In this document: piece after piece, positions 28,871-39,095 of the stretch
Position numbering within the stretch: the stretch's first letter is position 1
Layout: each line of letters begins with the position of its first letter
From: a virus
Taxonomy: Duplodnaviria > Caudoviricetes
Length of the DNA: 64,000 bases
Direction: 5' to 3' (one strand)
Virus record (IMG/VR): IMGVR_UViG_3300027847_001698
Program-made: the position numbers and the translations under genes
The notes under the pieces: model-generated
Seen by the model: the letters and a program-made list of their open reading frames with translations, nothing else
Database searches by the model: none
What the model was told of the DNA's origin: nothing

Positions 28871-29764
28871 TTACTGTGTCTCTGGTGGCTCTATGCTACC
28901 TGTTTTACGTTCTGTAGATTGGCTTTGGTCAGCTTCTCTAGCTGCTACTTTAAATTTCTTCAATCTTTCTTCTTCTGTTTTTAAGATGTCATTATATTTT
29001 GCAACATGCTCAATCAGTTTACGTTGACATGATTCTGGATTATCGGTCACTTTACAATCACTTACATCCCGACGCAATTTAGCTATGACATCTGCTAATC
29101 CTCCAATTTTACATCTAGAAATACATATTTTTAAATCCAAACCTTGGTGATTCTCCTTACGACATTTATCCTTACATAAACTTTTTCTTTTCTCAATTGA
29201 TATAAATAATATTTTAGTTAATAGTTTAGACATTATCTCATAACCAACCATAATCATAAATACTGCGGCAGCCGCCTTTCCACCCTTCCCAAGTTTTCCT
29301 GCTATATTACTTAACCCTGTATTAAGTCCTCTAGATTTTGGCGTAAGACCTAATGTCTTAGCTGTGTTCCCAATCTTCTTAGCTACTGCCGTATAATATC
29401 CTTTATTTTTACCAGTCTTAAATGAATGTAATAATTTCTTTTTTATTCCGCCTGCAAACAATGCAAGAGATAAAGTCATTATACCAGAAATTATTCCTTC
29501 AGTATTTTTTAACCTAAGATTCCTCTGGGCATCAGCTTCTACTTCTCCTAGATTAGCTTCTTCTAACATATCAAAGTTTCTTCCAACTGAAAGAACTACT
29601 TCATTATATGACATTTCATGGACAATATAACTAGTCAATCCTCCATAGTCTTTATACTCGCCTTGATCAATTGCATCTAATAGATATGCTCTACAAAAGA
29701 TATCTACACTATTTTTATCTATCATTCTATGAAACTCCAATTTTTTAATTTGTTCTTGTCGCAT
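28871..29764 (-). CDS. Hypothetical protein with hydrophobic helices and Cys-rich helical C-terminus
   Basis: Two hydrophobic segments; spaced cysteines CKDKC...CISRC...CKV...CQ. Confidence 0.65.
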   Translation of the reverse strand: MRQEQIKKLEFHRMIDKNSVDIFCRAYLLDAIDQGEYKDYGGLTSYIVHEMSYNEVVLSVGRNFDMLEEANLGEVEADAQRNLRLKNTEGIISGIMTLSLALFAGGIKKKLLHSFKTGKNKGYYTAVAKKIGNTAKTLGLTPKSRGLNTGLSNIAGKLGKGGKAAAAVFMIMVGYEIMSKLLTKILFISIEKRKSLCKDKCRKENHQGLDLKICISRCKIGGLADVIAKLRRDVSDCKVTDNPESCQRKLIEHVAKYNDILKTEEERLKKFKVAAREADQSQSTERKTGSIEPPETQ

Positions 29765-29854
29765 ATTTAAAATAGTCAGGATCCTTTCTTGTATGTCGAG
29801 TCAGCTCTATATATATTACTTTACCAAGAGTAACATTTATCAATAGGAGCATCC

Positions 29855-31261
29855 ATGATAAAACTCAACAAAACAGAGAAGAGGAAATATGATGTTGTAT
29901 ACATCAACGGGGAAGAGGAAGAAAATTTGGTTTCTCTAGACCTTATTTTTACCCCTGCCACAAATAAGTTTGACAAGATTGTAGAGTTTGTAGAAGATTG
30001 CTCTTTGACATTAGGAGCCGAATTTGATGATTGGTTCAAATCATATATAACAGAATACATATCATCAGGATATGATTCAGGAATCATCAAAAAGAATATT
30101 CCGCAGATAACTTCATTGTGTGATAAATACCTTGAAGCATGTGAAATTGATTTTGATGGATATGTGGATAAAGGTAAAGTATCTAAAAATTCGATTTTTT
30201 TCGATTCGCCTGAAATCAAGAAGATCGTGCGCGTATCTAATTATTTAAAGTTATATTTTATTATATCACAGGACATCAATCTAAAATTACCAATAAAGTT
30301 TCATAGAGAAGTATACAATGAATTAGTAGCACCAATAACGGAATGTGATATTCTACACAAGCTATTCAAGATTGTATCTTCTAAAACATATAAGTATAAT
30401 ATGTCTGATTCATATATGTGGGAATACATTAGAACGATCTACTGTAAAACTACGGACATGCACATCATGTCTATTTTTAATTTTATTGTCAACAACATTC
30501 TTGTAGCATGTGATACAAGAAAGAATCCAATACCATTCATCATTACAGTTGTTGATGAATCTATTAGATGGATCCTTCAAAGTGTATATAAGGATGCAGT
30601 TGTATATTCTGATACAATAAACACAGAAGATACATATTCAACTCCAGGTAAAGATAATCTCAAAACATATGCATACAATGACTCAATTGGTAAATTGGTT
30701 GTTATCGCATATAACTATCTGGAAGATCATGGAATTTCCGATGTATCGTTTAATGAATCAGTAAAGGCAAATAATGAAATTTCATTATTCTCAACCTATT
30801 TGACATATCCGATTTTATGTAAAGTACTTAACATCCCATATCGTCATTTCCTAACGATTCCTGCTGAACATGGTTATCTGTTGAATATCTTATTGTACCA
30901 TCACTTACCTGAAGGATTCAAACGTAAATATTCGACAATTATAAATCTCCTATTATTCTACAACAAGAATAAGGCGATATCGAAAACAACTTATAAAATT
31001 AAAGATATAAATCATTTTACTTCGACTACTGGGAACTTCCTTGGATTCAAAAACCAAATGTTTGTTTATGAATTCTATTCTAGTATTGTAGGTAAAATTG
31101 CTAGAAACTCATATATCGGTTTTAAAACCGGAGAAGAGATATCTAATTTTCCTTTAGCCAAACTTGAAAAGGATTTAGTATCATTTTATAATGATTACTT
31201 TGATGGTAAGTTAGATGAACCATTTAAAGAGATTCAAGATAAATTAGATTCACTAGTATAA
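29855..31261 (+). CDS. Hypothetical 468-aa helical protein, opposite strand within the RNAP/virion block
   Basis: Long ORF with AGGAG RBS; no motif recognised. Confidence 0.75.
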   Translation: MIKLNKTEKRKYDVVYINGEEEENLVSLDLIFTPATNKFDKIVEFVEDCSLTLGAEFDDWFKSYITEYISSGYDSGIIKKNIPQITSLCDKYLEACEIDFDGYVDKGKVSKNSIFFDSPEIKKIVRVSNYLKLYFIISQDINLKLPIKFHREVYNELVAPITECDILHKLFKIVSSKTYKYNMSDSYMWEYIRTIYCKTTDMHIMSIFNFIVNNILVACDTRKNPIPFIITVVDESIRWILQSVYKDAVVYSDTINTEDTYSTPGKDNLKTYAYNDSIGKLVVIAYNYLEDHGISDVSFNESVKANNEISLFSTYLTYPILCKVLNIPYRHFLTIPAEHGYLLNILLYHHLPEGFKRKYSTIINLLLFYNKNKAISKTTYKIKDINHFTSTTGNFLGFKNQMFVYEFYSSIVGKIARNSYIGFKTGEEISNFPLAKLEKDLVSFYNDYFDGKLDEPFKEIQDKLDSLV

Positions 31262-31270
31262 GAGGATTGA

Positions 31271-31463
31271 ATGGTTATTAAAAATCCTGAGAAATTAATT
31301 GAAAAACTAAATAGTTTACAACAAGAATGGAATGAAGGTCAATCATATCATTGGGGGTAACGATGATCATAGATATGACGAAGGTATCGAGACAGGAAAA
31401 CAAGGATGTGCTTCGGAACTAGAAGATTTACTTCTAGTTCATAATTTACTCAAACCTAAATAA
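31271..31463 (+). pseudogene. Small ORF apparently interrupted by a frameshift in a G5 run
   Basis: AGAGGA RBS then MVIKNPEKLIEK...SYHWG* (stop 31358-31360). The +1 frame continues GNDDHRYDEG...HNLLKPK* to 31463. Removing one G gives a continuous ~63-aa ORF. Confidence 0.35.
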
Positions 31464-31503
31464 AGGTTAGTCAATAAGACTAATTAATAAGAACGATATT
31501 AGT

Positions 31504-32148
31504 TTATGTAATCAACTGTTTAAGTTCTGCCGTATGTTTTTTCAAACCATATAATTCTTGTGCATACAATGATGCATAGCGTTTATGAGCAGCATCTTTG
31601 CATATTTCTATATCTTTAGTAATTTTTGGAATTAATGTGGATACAAAGAATTTAGCTTTCTTGTTATCATCTACTTCTTTTCCCATTTTGTACAACCTGT
31701 ATTGTTTATTATATTTATACAAAATTACACTCATAACATAAACGGGATGTCTTTTTGCCAATTCTTCGAGTGGAAGTTCCGCAGCCGTTTCTTTCATGGA
31801 AGAAAATTTATCTTTACGTAATTTAATAAACAATTCATTAATAAGTGCTAATATTCCTGCAATTCCTGCAATTTTTCCTAATGACAAATTTTTGAAAATA
31901 GGAACTACATATGGGTTGGAAGGCACCTGTAACCAAGATAATATCCCAGCAAATGTTATAGATGTTATCCCCATTCTACTCAAAACAAATCCTATTTTGC
32001 CCCATACTCCACCATCTGGTTTAACTCCATCTTTTCTCCACCGATCATTACTAACATTTGAAGTTAAAACCTTTCTTTTTAGTTTATCTAACATTGATAA
32101 ATTATCCTCTAATACTAATATACGATTTACTTCATTATACTTATTCAT
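31504..32148 (-). CDS. Hypothetical protein with two hydrophobic helices
   Basis: GITSITFAGILSWL and IAGIAGILALI segments. Confidence 0.65.
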   Translation of the reverse strand: MNKYNEVNRILVLEDNLSMLDKLKRKVLTSNVSNDRWRKDGVKPDGGVWGKIGFVLSRMGITSITFAGILSWLQVPSNPYVVPIFKNLSLGKIAGIAGILALINELFIKLRKDKFSSMKETAAELPLEELAKRHPVYVMSVILYKYNKQYRLYKMGKEVDDNKKAKFFVSTLIPKITKDIEICKDAAHKRYASLYAQELYGLKKHTAELKQLIT

Positions 32149-32281
32149 TTTTTTTCCCTTTATTAAATAATTTTTTCACTGCATTAACGGTCGATAATTT
32201 ATTAAAAAGTTCAATTATCTTGAATTCTTCTTTATCTTTTGATTCTAATAATATAGCTACTAACGTATATTTGTCATTCAT
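32141..32281 (-). CDS. Small hypothetical protein (46 aa)
   Basis: Hand translation MNDKYTLVAILLESKDKEEF...KGKKNE; overlaps both neighbouring genes at its ends. Confidence 0.5.
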   Translation of the reverse strand: MNDKYTLVAILLESKDKEEFKIIELFNKLSTVNAVKKLFNKGKKNE

Positions 32282-32937
32282 TTTTGTTCCTTCAATAAAA
32301 GATTTTTTACTGCGCTATATGTTGAGTCAAATAATATTTTCCTGGATACATCATACGGTATTTCTGTCTCGTATATCGACAGAACATTTAACCAATCTTT
32401 TTTGATCATCTCAACTGGATCAAATGTTCCCCCCTCGTTCCCAGGATAAGGTTTCATATTTAAAATATTCTTGGTTGCAGTTACGTGAGTCTTTATTATT
32501 TTTTTTGCATACTGTACATTAGATTTTTCCCATTTAGGTTCTAAATTTAATGAGAATGCTTCATCATCATAAATAATATATTTTTTTTGATTTTTAGATA
32601 ACCACTTTAATAAAAAATCAAAACTTTTATAAAACTTTTCTGATTTATCTTCTATGTTTAATTTATTAGTAAGAAGTCTAAGTCTCTTTAAATTATCTAA
32701 TCCTTTCTTATAATCTGAAATAAAAATATTTTGAGTGAATTCACTTCCATCAAAAGAATCTCGGCTTTTAACTTTTATAAATTTAAGAGGCTTAGACCCA
32801 ACTAAAAATATAAAAGGAATAATCATATATACATTTTGAGAATATATACTAGAATATATAGAAAATTCACCTTTACCACTATCGTCATAATCCTTTGGAA
32901 AATTATTAGATCCATGTATTGAACATCTTACACCCAT
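32278..32937 (-). CDS. Hypothetical protein
   Basis: 219-aa co-oriented ORF. Confidence 0.6.
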   Translation of the reverse strand: MGVRCSIHGSNNFPKDYDDSGKGEFSIYSSIYSQNVYMIIPFIFLVGSKPLKFIKVKSRDSFDGSEFTQNIFISDYKKGLDNLKRLRLLTNKLNIEDKSEKFYKSFDFLLKWLSKNQKKYIIYDDEAFSLNLEPKWEKSNVQYAKKIIKTHVTATKNILNMKPYPGNEGGTFDPVEMIKKDWLNVLSIYETEIPYDVSRKILFDSTYSAVKNLLLKEQK

Positions 32938-32943
32938 AATAAA

Positions 32944-33471
32944 TTATCCCTTCGGAATGGCAACCATTCTTACATGCGCTAATAGTTTCTTTTTATCAAA
33001 GTTTCTACCAGGACATGCATTTTCCATTTCCTTGTCAGTAGTTACTTCACTATGCAACATAATCTTTGTGTACGGTACTCTAAATAATTGAGCTATGGGA
33101 GCCAAAACTCTATATGCCAATTGTTTATACAGCCTAGCATTAGGACTTTCATATACAAAATTACCCATAACTGCAATATGAATAGCGTTCTTATATGGAT
33201 CAATAATATCATCAAAATCACAATGTGCTGTAATTGGACGACCAACTACTGTTTCGTAGTCATCTCCAATTCGTTCTGCGATAAAATGAAAACTTAAATC
33301 ACTTTCACCATGCAAAACATAATCATTGACCCTAAGTCTATTAGACTGCATTTTAATTGAGTCTTTATAGAAATCGGATAGGTGAGAGAACTTACAAGAC
33401 ACATCATGGATAATAATGTACCTTACTTTTTTTAGTCGTTTAAATGACGCTGGTTTATATGGGATTCTCAC
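32944..33471 (-). CDS. N-acetylmuramoyl-L-alanine amidase (Amidase_2-like)
   Basis: YIIIHD, SFHFI, IHIAVMGNF, LHSEV, ACPG zinc-amidase pattern; GTG start; next to the gp5-like gene. Confidence 0.7.
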   Translation of the reverse strand: MRIPYKPASFKRLKKVRYIIIHDVSCKFSHLSDFYKDSIKMQSNRLRVNDYVLHGESDLSFHFIAERIGDDYETVVGRPITAHCDFDDIIDPYKNAIHIAVMGNFVYESPNARLYKQLAYRVLAPIAQLFRVPYTKIMLHSEVTTDKEMENACPGRNFDKKKLLAHVRMVAIPKG

Positions 33472-33496
33472 TATCTAGCTTCTTTATATTTTTGTT

Positions 33497-34558
33497 CTAA
33501 TCTTCAATATCTGATATTATTAATGTGGTAGGCAATACAATAGGATTCGTAACTGGTAGTTCATCTTCTGGACCTTGAGTTGATCCGGGTATAATTCTTT
33601 CTCCGTTAGGTTCAGGTGGAGTTGCCACAATTCCAGAAACCAAAGAAGATATTGATGTGCTTGACTGTTGGGACACTTTAGAAGCATCTATATTTACTGT
33701 ACCACTTGCCTTAAAATGAATTGAATTACTAATGGATGTTTGAAATATTCCTCCATCCACTTTTATATTACAATCCCCTCCAATATTCTCACTCAACGAA
33801 TTACCAATATCAATATTCGCATCAATATTCGCTGTAATATTTATATTCTTATGAGCTAGTAATTCAATATTATCAGCAGCTTCAAAGAATATAGATTTTC
33901 CACTTTTAATTCTAATATTTTTAGTAAACGAAATATGTAATTCTTGATTCTCAATATCAAAGTTAATAAAGTTACCTTTATGATCTTTGATTAAAATTTG
34001 TTCTTCCCCATCTCTCTCATTCAACAAGATAATGGTTTGATTATCTTGAGTGTCATATACACTCTCGGGGTTACCAGATACATCATCCCCACTCAACTTT
34101 CTTTTTTTACCCGTTATTTCTACACGTTCATCATGAGGATCATCAGATACTATAATGGTCCGACCTTTGCTAGACTTGAATATGGTAGTCTTGTTGTAAT
34201 ATTCATCACCTTGTTGATTCTCAATAGGGACTTTAGACTGACCAAAATCTCCAGCAGCAAAATATCTAGGTTCTGTAGGATCATTATATTCAAAAAATAT
34301 ATAAACCCAACTCCCAACAGGAGGTATATAACATGTTCCTTGGTAATGGTGATTTGATCCGTTTTCCACTACGTTACGGCCACCTAATGGGTTATTAGCA
34401 GGTCTCGCCCATATACCTTTATCATCATCTATTTCGGGCATAGTATCAGGACACCAAATTTTAACTCGTCCTTGATACTCAGGATCTTTAGCGTCTATGA
34501 CCTTAGCTCTATAATTTCCTGTCCAAGAAAACCCACTATCTTCTCCTGGATTTGGCAT
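33497..34558 (-). CDS. Baseplate hub/spike protein (T4 gp5/VgrG OB-fold + beta-helix)
   Basis: YRAKVIDAKDPEYQGRVKIW, WARP, IPPVGSWVYIFFE, KSSKGRTI and repetitive beta-helix segments. Confidence 0.8.
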   Translation of the reverse strand: MPNPGEDSGFSWTGNYRAKVIDAKDPEYQGRVKIWCPDTMPEIDDDKGIWARPANNPLGGRNVVENGSNHHYQGTCYIPPVGSWVYIFFEYNDPTEPRYFAAGDFGQSKVPIENQQGDEYYNKTTIFKSSKGRTIIVSDDPHDERVEITGKKRKLSGDDVSGNPESVYDTQDNQTIILLNERDGEEQILIKDHKGNFINFDIENQELHISFTKNIRIKSGKSIFFEAADNIELLAHKNINITANIDANIDIGNSLSENIGGDCNIKVDGGIFQTSISNSIHFKASGTVNIDASKVSQQSSTSISSLVSGIVATPPEPNGERIIPGSTQGPEDELPVTNPIVLPTTLIISDIED

Positions 34559-34569
34559 ATATTATCTCC

Positions 34570-35064
34570 TTAGGTAATTACAAGACGTCCAACAATTTTA
34601 AACGTATTTATAAGATTCTTCTTTTGCCATAATTTAATTATATCATTTTTAGATCTTAGTTTAGACAATCTTTTGCTTTCCATCTTATATCGTCTATTTT
34701 TATTTTTAGATATACCAGCATAAAATACATCAGCTAAAGTTATATCATATACAGAATTATTATCTATATTTCTTCTACAATAAAAATTAAATGAAATACT
34801 ACCAGCCGATGATGACATGGAGCAGAACATCACTACATAATTTTTTACTTGCATATTATGTTTATCTTTAGGATAATCCACAGATATGGTTTTACCATGA
34901 GTTATATGACTAGGGTCTACAACTTTTAATTCATCATTAATAATATCAAGTGTTTTATTTGTAATTGGTCTAAACATATTAGCCAACGTATCAAATTCTC
35001 TAATTTGTATATGATGAGGCTTGTCTTTAAAAAACCCTTCGGTTAGTATGAATTTATTATTCAT
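34570..35064 (-). CDS. Hypothetical protein
   Basis: Co-oriented; N-terminal ILTEG motif. Confidence 0.6.
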   Translation of the reverse strand: MNNKFILTEGFFKDKPHHIQIREFDTLANMFRPITNKTLDIINDELKVVDPSHITHGKTISVDYPKDKHNMQVKNYVVMFCSMSSSAGSISFNFYCRRNIDNNSVYDITLADVFYAGISKNKNRRYKMESKRLSKLRSKNDIIKLWQKKNLINTFKIVGRLVIT

Positions 35065-35942
35065 TATGTAATGTCTTTTTTCATAGTATCTATTATTTTC
35101 GTAAACAATTGCGGATGATATTTTGCTATAGCTGGAGAAAATAAATCATTACCATTAATAGTAGATGCTCCCAATGTGGCCATAAATCTCATACCATCTT
35201 CAAACATAGAAAGACTTTGTACTCCAAATGTTCTAATTATCTTAGATGCAAACTCATATGTTGTCAATCCATGCAGTACACCACTATCAGATAAACATCT
35301 AAGAAAGTCTTTAGCATCTGAAAAATCAAAATCAGTTAAATCAATATCAAAATCCTTAATAGTAATTTGAGATAGATTACCTGCCTTTTTGAATGCTTTA
35401 CTTAGACTTGCATTAAAGAATGACTTCATTGTAAATGTAGTTACAAGAAATCTTAATTTATTAATTTCCCCTGCATAACTACCCATTAGTCCATATCTCT
35501 TTGCAAATAATTTAATATAAATACTAGACATGAAATCACAAATATCATTTTCAAATGCAGGCTTTATTGGTTTAACTGAATAATATGCACAGATGTAACC
35601 ATAAATTATAATAGAATATAAATCTTGTGGGGGAATATTAAAAACATTCTTTCTCCCCCATACAGACATGTTTATTAAAATCTTTTTTGTGTTAGTATTA
35701 AATGCTGCGGGTAGAATATATTTTTGAATATCCACGAACGTATAATTTTTAAGGTCGTTACCCATTTGTCTCTGTACTAGTTCGTATGCAAAATTACCTT
35801 TTGCTTTATTCGAAAATAATTCTACAGTATCAAGAATTGCCTTTCTGCCTTCTTCTTCTACTTCGAATGAACTTAGCTTAGACTTTGGATAGTCTAAAAT
35901 ATTCTTAGCATTGTTTAATAAAACTAATTTTTGCTTAGCCAT
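35064..35942 (-). CDS. Hypothetical protein (virion block)
   Basis: 292-aa ORF with 1-nt overlaps at both ends. Confidence 0.7.
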   Translation of the reverse strand: MAKQKLVLLNNAKNILDYPKSKLSSFEVEEEGRKAILDTVELFSNKAKGNFAYELVQRQMGNDLKNYTFVDIQKYILPAAFNTNTKKILINMSVWGRKNVFNIPPQDLYSIIIYGYICAYYSVKPIKPAFENDICDFMSSIYIKLFAKRYGLMGSYAGEINKLRFLVTTFTMKSFFNASLSKAFKKAGNLSQITIKDFDIDLTDFDFSDAKDFLRCLSDSGVLHGLTTYEFASKIIRTFGVQSLSMFEDGMRFMATLGASTINGNDLFSPAIAKYHPQLFTKIIDTMKKDIT

Positions 35943-36733
35943 TAATTAGCATCCTCATCTTTAGCATATCTAACCTCTAAAATATCATTAACTTCTAATG
36001 TCCCATCCATTCCATCACCCAATGCGTTATCTACTGCTTTCCATGATAATCGCTTTGCATCACCACTAATATCATCTATTAAAACATAATCTTTATTATA
36101 TACAGGAAGAGCTGATAACTTGACCTGTGTAGGAGAAGCTATTGCAATATCTACCGATTCAGGATGCGGGACATAAGCCAAATCAATAAACCCATTATCT
36201 ATGTTCGTATCGGTAAGATCAAATTTTTGTCTGATAAAAAATACACTTGTTGCCACTGTGGTTTCCTCTGCTGCAAAAATACTCAATTTAGGCTTAACTT
36301 TAGTTGAAAATAACTGAAGAGTTAACGTATTAGTATTAACTTCTGGAGATGCATCTAAATTAATCAAATTAACTGATATTTGATTATCTCTAGCTATATC
36401 CAAAATAGCCGAATGAGTAGGAACTAAAATTTCTGATTTTGTAAAATCTTCAATTGATGCCATGTCATTTATATATAGGAGCAATGTCCATAATCCAGTA
36501 ACGCTATATTCTTCATATGAAAAATAATCTGGTCGGTAATGAAACTTCTGTTCTACTTTCTTCTTAACTGAATTCTTTAGAAGATAATATCTGAATTTTT
36601 CATATGTAACTATTTCAGGTGAAACAAACTGGACAGTTACAGATCCTTCTTTTTTTAGGAATCTTCTTCTATGTTTATCGACATCAGTAATAAGATTCCT
36701 AAGCTTCTTTGCTTCAACATCTATTGTAGCCAC
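35942..36733 (-). CDS. Putative baseplate wedge protein (gp53/LysM-like)
   Basis: YRPDYFSYEEYSVTGLWTLLLYIND...ILVP resembles the gp53/LysM-like RPDxISYxxYG...W.IIL..N pattern; near the gp5-like gene. Confidence 0.5.
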   Translation of the reverse strand: MATIDVEAKKLRNLITDVDKHRRRFLKKEGSVTVQFVSPEIVTYEKFRYYLLKNSVKKKVEQKFHYRPDYFSYEEYSVTGLWTLLLYINDMASIEDFTKSEILVPTHSAILDIARDNQISVNLINLDASPEVNTNTLTLQLFSTKVKPKLSIFAAEETTVATSVFFIRQKFDLTDTNIDNGFIDLAYVPHPESVDIAIASPTQVKLSALPVYNKDYVLIDDISGDAKRLSWKAVDNALGDGMDGTLEVNDILEVRYAKDEDAN

Positions 36734-36751
36734 TTATACGTCTCCTAGTTA

Positions 36752-37450
36752 CTAATATGGGAGAGTACCAACGACTTTCCCTGTTTCTGTAATCATTTTA
36801 ATTTCAGGCTTAGGTGGAAGAACTGATGTAGAATCTTTCTTCTTATCACTTGATCCCGGATACATATCTTTTCCCCATGTCATATTACATTCTTCAGTAG
36901 TAATAGTCGCTAACCCCATTATCCTTTCACGTTCGTCGTCATCAACAGGGTAAGTCTCTATTATATGCTTCCAATTCCCGCTTACGTGGTCAATAGGAAG
37001 GTTTAAGTATCCATTATGATACTTAGCATGTAAATCAGATAACAATGGCATACATCCTACTTTGTTTTGAAAATGTAATTCAATAACATCCTTACATATA
37101 TCAAATGTACAGAAAGATAATCCTTTATTTAATTTATCAGATATTACAGCTTTACAAATAGTAAAAAGGTTTATTGGATGGTGATGTATTTCAATGCTAC
37201 ATTCAGAAGATAACTCTTTAGTCAAAGAACATGCATTCTTCCCTAAGTTTTCAACTAAATATCTTATCCATTGTTTATACTCTAAACTACTTCTAATCAA
37301 TCGTTCAGTATTTTTTATAAACTTGATAAAATCACTTTCAGCATAAAAACATTTTATACGGAGAGACAAAGTGAAGGGACTATCATTTACTTGTATAGTA
37401 TTATCTTCTTCGTCGTTAGACTGTTGTATTAATTCTTTTTCTAGATTCAT
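36752..37450 (-). CDS. Putative HNH/His-Me finger-like protein
   Basis: C...C..IEIHHHP and VGCMPLLSDLHAKYH pattern. Confidence 0.4.
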   Translation of the reverse strand: MNLEKELIQQSNDEEDNTIQVNDSPFTLSLRIKCFYAESDFIKFIKNTERLIRSSLEYKQWIRYLVENLGKNACSLTKELSSECSIEIHHHPINLFTICKAVISDKLNKGLSFCTFDICKDVIELHFQNKVGCMPLLSDLHAKYHNGYLNLPIDHVSGNWKHIIETYPVDDDERERIMGLATITTEECNMTWGKDMYPGSSDKKKDSTSVLPPKPEIKMITETGKVVGTLPY

Positions 37451-38789
37451 TTACTGCATCCGTAAATCCATCGTGATACATAGATAGCCTGTTAATAGCT
37501 TCATTCTGTACATCCATGCTTTCTTTCATTTTCTTGAGATTAGTTCTCTTAAACTTACCAACTACTCGTTTAGTAAATCCTGATAAGGCTTCTAAATCTT
37601 TAAATAAATCTGAACCATTTAAACTATGGAACAGATGTGAATATGGAATCTTTGTACACATTCCACCTTCATAATAAGAGCAAAAGATCAATTTCTGTTC
37701 GGTATCATTCATTACCCCAAAACTATTCCATCCTACTTTAAATAATTTTGAAACCTTAGCTGGGTCTGAAAAGAAATCTTGTTCTTGATGGCGAATATCA
37801 TCTGCGCTCATTAAAACTATTGCCGCTGAATATTTTTGATAACTTGGTCCTTGTGTACTCGATCTAAATGTACCCGCATCAATGTATCCTTTCTTATTCA
37901 AGAGAATATCTTTGTACAATGAAATATCCTCACCATCTATAAAAATATTGGTAAATTTTCTAATCATTGTTCCAAAATAAGAATTAAGTTTTCCTGCAAA
38001 TGCCCTAAATACTCCTTTATAAATAGAAGAATATTTATTAGCATAGTAATCATCAACTAGTACATCATATATGCTTGAAAAATTATTTGCTATCATTGGA
38101 ACTACTTTAACACTTAATGGAATTGATCTTTCGTCAGGCTCACCACGGGTAGGAGCATCAAAATGTATCTTCTGTCTTACCTCTATCTTAGCGGTAATAG
38201 AAGTAGACGTAGGACGCAAATCTAACATCGTACTAGTATCTACTCTAATATTAGTTGCTCCTTTTGAATATGTTGCCTTAGGAGCTTTATCTTTTTCTTT
38301 AGCTGCTGCAGCTACATCTCGCTCTGAATTCTGTATTAGTTTTTGGATATGGCGAATATCATCTACTATTGCCTCTAGACTATCTTTTGCGGCGACATAA
38401 TCACCATATAACTTCGAGTCTTTATATCTGCGTTCGTTATCTGGGCCACCGCCAGAATGAGCTGTTGCCTTTCTTATAACTGCTAGAGCTTTATCTCTCT
38501 TTTTTGTGAGATCTGCTAAATCAGTTAGTTGTTGATTTAATTTCTCTTCTAATTCTTCTTTGTTATCTTCAAATAAAATTGCTTTATTTACATCAGTATC
38601 AGTAGACTCCAATCTGATCTCAGAAAATTTACCAGTTATTCTATTTTGTGTAATATAAAACTGGAGAGTTCCACTTGAGACCGCTTCAGTTATGTGGTGC
38701 AGATAGTATAACTCTATAGTCTTTATCATACCGGGAAGATATCTCTCCTCAATATTACCTGAAATAATGGCGGGGTATACAAATATCAT
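37416..38789 (-). CDS. Putative virion structural protein with coiled-coil insertion
   Basis: 457 aa in the structural block; resembles from memory a conserved jumbo-myovirus virion protein family (N-terminal FVYPAII, RPT, SVKV). Unverified. Confidence 0.4.
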   Translation of the reverse strand: MIFVYPAIISGNIEERYLPGMIKTIELYYLHHITEAVSSGTLQFYITQNRITGKFSEIRLESTDTDVNKAILFEDNKEELEEKLNQQLTDLADLTKKRDKALAVIRKATAHSGGGPDNERRYKDSKLYGDYVAAKDSLEAIVDDIRHIQKLIQNSERDVAAAAKEKDKAPKATYSKGATNIRVDTSTMLDLRPTSTSITAKIEVRQKIHFDAPTRGEPDERSIPLSVKVVPMIANNFSSIYDVLVDDYYANKYSSIYKGVFRAFAGKLNSYFGTMIRKFTNIFIDGEDISLYKDILLNKKGYIDAGTFRSSTQGPSYQKYSAAIVLMSADDIRHQEQDFFSDPAKVSKLFKVGWNSFGVMNDTEQKLIFCSYYEGGMCTKIPYSHLFHSLNGSDLFKDLEALSGFTKRVVGKFKRTNLKKMKESMDVQNEAINRLSMYHDGFTDAVNESRKRINTTV

Positions 38790-38804
38790 CTTTATAATCC
38801 TATT

Positions 38805-39095
38805 TTACCAAAGGGTAACAATATCTCTTTTTTTATTAACTTTTTTCTTTTTAAATTTTTGATTGATATTTTTCAATCTAGAAATTTTAGTTTGAGCCGT
38901 TGTCTCCTCAACAATAGCACTACTATCTTGAGGAGATTCAATAGCTTCTTCTACCTCAGGAGCTTGTGCAATTACAGTTACTGGTCGTTCAGTTAAATAA
39001 TGTTTAACAATAGATTTCTTTTCAGATTCTAATCTATCAGCAACCTCTTTATGAATTGCGGGCATTGCGGACATCTCGAGCATTTCGAGTACCAA
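38805..39095 (-). CDS. Hypothetical protein
   Basis: Fills the gap; start uncertain, overlaps the upstream gene. Confidence 0.4.
   Translation of the reverse strand: MVLEMLEMSAMPAIHKEVADRLESEKKSIVKHYLTERPVTVIAQAPEVEEAIESPQDSSAIVEETTAQTKISRLKNINQKFKKKKVNKKRDIVTLW

Noticed and set aside
39055-39095. 9-nt tandem repeats (CGAAATGCT CGAGATGTC CGCAATGCC CGCAAT) as a repeat array
   Set aside because: They simply encode a short R-N-A-type tripeptide repeat; there is no spacer structure, so this is not CRISPR-like.
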